Both the position numbers and the translations under genes were made by a program. From Callorhinchus milii (taxonomy: Eukaryota), in assembly GCF_018977255.1 (NCBI RefSeq), contig NW_024704748.1, positions 27,466,001-27,530,000 of the forward strand: 64,000 bases of DNA, in the 5' to 3' direction. Below, in pieces: positions 61,216-64,000 of the stretch. The notes under the pieces were generated by a model. That model was not told the DNA's origin. It was given only the letters and a program-made list of their open reading frames with translations, and ran no database searches. Numbering within the stretch: position 1 is the first letter of the stretch; every line of letters begins with the position of its first letter.

Positions 61216-64000
61216 TGAATCCAAGTTGTTGTTTTTTGAGGAATGATTGCCTCCGGAAAGCAATCTGCCAATCGACTCACAACCGGGTTCCTACTTACTA
61301 CTAAGTAAACTTTTTTTTAATCCACAGAATACACAGCTAATACACTTTAAAGTATATTCTGTGTAGCGCTTCAAGACGTCTCAACGTCGTGATGAGACAC
61401 TATATCAAATGCAAGGATTATTATTATTAATAAACAGAAGCATGTGGAGTAAGGAAACTTTGCCTAAGGTTTCGCCCCACCTGGGAATCGAATCCAGGTC
61501 CTCTCATTTGCGAGGTGAGCATGCTAACCACAGTAACCACTTGTAACCTGGGAATCATCTCCGATATCATCTGTGTGAATCTACTCTGCACCCTTTTATG
61601 GTGTGTAATGATCCCTTTTACGTTGTGTAATGGTGTGTTATGCTGGTCCTGGCTCCCATACAACACCTCCCTTGATGAGCTACTTAGCACTTGAGAGCAA
61701 TACAGGACAGAGGGAGAGCTGTGCTCAGCACAAGGTGCCAAGGCAATGGAGCGGGAGTCTTGCTGCTCTCCAGCACCCACCATTTGCTGCAGAAACAAAT
61801 GTTAAGACACATGTTCACCAACAATGGGACCATCATCACACAACAGACCATAAATCAGGCCTGCATTTGGGCTGGAGAAAAGGCCCCCACCTTCCTGAAA
61901 TCACCCTCCCTCCCAAAGCACTGTCAAATTTCACACCAATTTTTGTTGCTGAAATATCCCCACTTCTTGTGTAGCTTCTTTATAGAAACGTAAGAATTTT
62001 CACAGTACAAAAGCGGGACATTCCTTTAGACCCATCACGTCTGTTCCGGTCGGTGCTCTCTCTGTTTTCCTAACTTGGCCTTTTTTCTATTTATCCCATT
62101 CTCCAGCTCTTTCCGCACATTGCTAATCAATTCATCTTCGAATGACTCTGTTGATCCAATCTCAATAGCCATGTGTGGAAATGAATTTCACATCCTAACA
62201 GTCTTCTGAATCAGGAAACTCCATCCAACCTCTCTCCCCTAATAATAATAATCCTTGCATTTGATACAGCATCTTATCATGTCGTTGAGACATCTCAAAG
62301 CGCTTCACAGTATATATTGTGGATTGACTGTGTATTTTGAGGGTGAACGAACATTCTGATAACTATCCTGAGCATTCGTCCCAGTCATCATTTTACCTTC
62401 TTATACCCCTTCAGAACATTAACACCTCCTCTCTGTCTTCCATTATATCTCCTCATATAATATTCAACACTTCTTCTGAAGGGTTTCCTGGTTTTCTCTG
62501 GCCCTGCAGTGGGAGCTCGGGGGAGGAAATCACACACAAGTTTCACTGTGTTCTCAATCAACACAGACATGTGCGGACATCCCAGCAGGAGTCAATGAAG
62601 GTGATCAGGAAAGCCAGGAGGCCTTCCCCTCACCTCACCAGACTACAGGCTGTGACGCCAACCACAGTTCCTCATCCTGGCAGAGATCATTTCTGGAGCG
62701 CTGCAGCTTAGTGGTTAGTGGTTGTTAGTCGATTGCCAGATCGCTTTCCGAAATAATCCCTTAGATTCATAGAATGTTACGGCACAGAAGGAGACCATTT
62801 GGCCCATTGAGTCTGTGCGGCTTTTTGACAGAGCGTCACTTTCACTAACCCCAATCACCAGCCTTCTCCCCATAACCCTGCAAACCCGTCTTCCCCAGAT
62901 AAATAATAATAATTTGGTCACTTAATCCACAACTGTTTGTGGGACGCTGCTGTGCGCAATTGGCTGCTATGTTTCATCCACAAAATACAGTCAATTCACT
63001 TTACAGTATATTCTGTGAAGTGCTTTGAGACATCTCAAAGCTATTATAAAGCGTTATATCAAATGCAAGGATTATTATTATTATAAGCTCACTCAGCGGG
63101 CAGCACCAACACCACCTTGCGTTCACATAGCACCTTCACATGGGGCATCATCTCACAGATCTGAGACATTCAGCCTGAAATATTTATTTTGACTCATTGG
63201 TATAGTGGGTGGATGCCTTACCCCATCAGGCCATCAAGGGACTCAGCAATGCAAGGGTTAATATCCGATAAAGATCAAGGTGTTTCGGCGGTGGGGGGCT
63301 GCACCTTGCATAGCAATCTCACCAACATTAATTTCTGTTACTCGGGCAACTCTGCAACATACACCTCGTAACGCAATAAAACAGTTCAGTGCCTCTCACC
63401 TTCTCCCCCCAATCTGCTCCAAGCTAATTCCCATAAGCTTTTGTTTAAAGCATTGTTGCTGGAGGCCACTTAAACATGATTAGATGTGGTAAATAAGCAT
63501 TGAACAGAGCTGCTAAGGCAGGTTATACACACTGTCTGCTTCACAAGAGGCATGCCCATTGCTCCACTTTCCCACCCTACTGCTATAGCCTGGGGGCTTT
63601 TTCTCTCTCACTTCTCCTGGTCTCCTTCACTCTCTCACCCCCACCTTCCCACCGCCATCAACTTTTTTTTAGTGTGATTACATCTCGTGATTCGGGAAAA
63701 CATGAGAAGAATTTGCATTTTATAGCACCTTGGATACTGAAACATCTCAAGAAGTTCACAGTAATTATTAGTTTTTTGGGGTCAGCCGGGTGTCTGACAC
63801 ATACAGAAACCCATCTTAAGAACCTCCAAACCAGACAAATTCCACATATGAGTGTCACTTAAACATGGAAATGCCCCTGTGTTTGGAATGGAATGCACTC
63901 TCTCTCATTCTCTCTCTCCCCGGTGGGACAGTACCCAATTCCGGAGAGCATATTATAAAATAGTTTATAATACCTCATTTGTTAGTAACTATATTTATGG

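Overview
Vertebrate nuclear DNA, not prokaryotic. The repeat mix (tRNA-headed Deu-domain SINEs, L2 and CR1 LINEs) suggests a cartilaginous fish; this is inference. The window holds the conserved POLL-DPCD-FBXW4 block that lies next to FGF8 in other vertebrates. POLL (minus strand, 7 coding exons, 571 aa, complete) is head-to-head with DPCD (plus strand, 6 exons, 203 aa). They share a ~250-bp promoter with three RFX X-boxes. FBXW4 (minus strand) has coding exons 2-9 in the window, and its F-box exon 1 lies beyond 64000. All exon boundaries were read by hand as GT-AG and give continuous frames. The main anomaly is a ~4.34-kb near-identical tandem duplication inside DPCD (11157-15500 / 15501-19839) that copies exons 2-5. 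Linear splicing through both copies hits a stop codon. It may be a real recent duplication or a haplotype/assembly artefact. Other features: a Helitron with recognisable ends, several minisatellites (one with an inverted core, one G-quadruplex/splice-donor array), inverted SINE and L2 pairs, a 179-N gap, and motif-rich unique intronic blocks in FBXW4 that are candidate FGF8 enhancers. I found no convincing novel protein-coding system.
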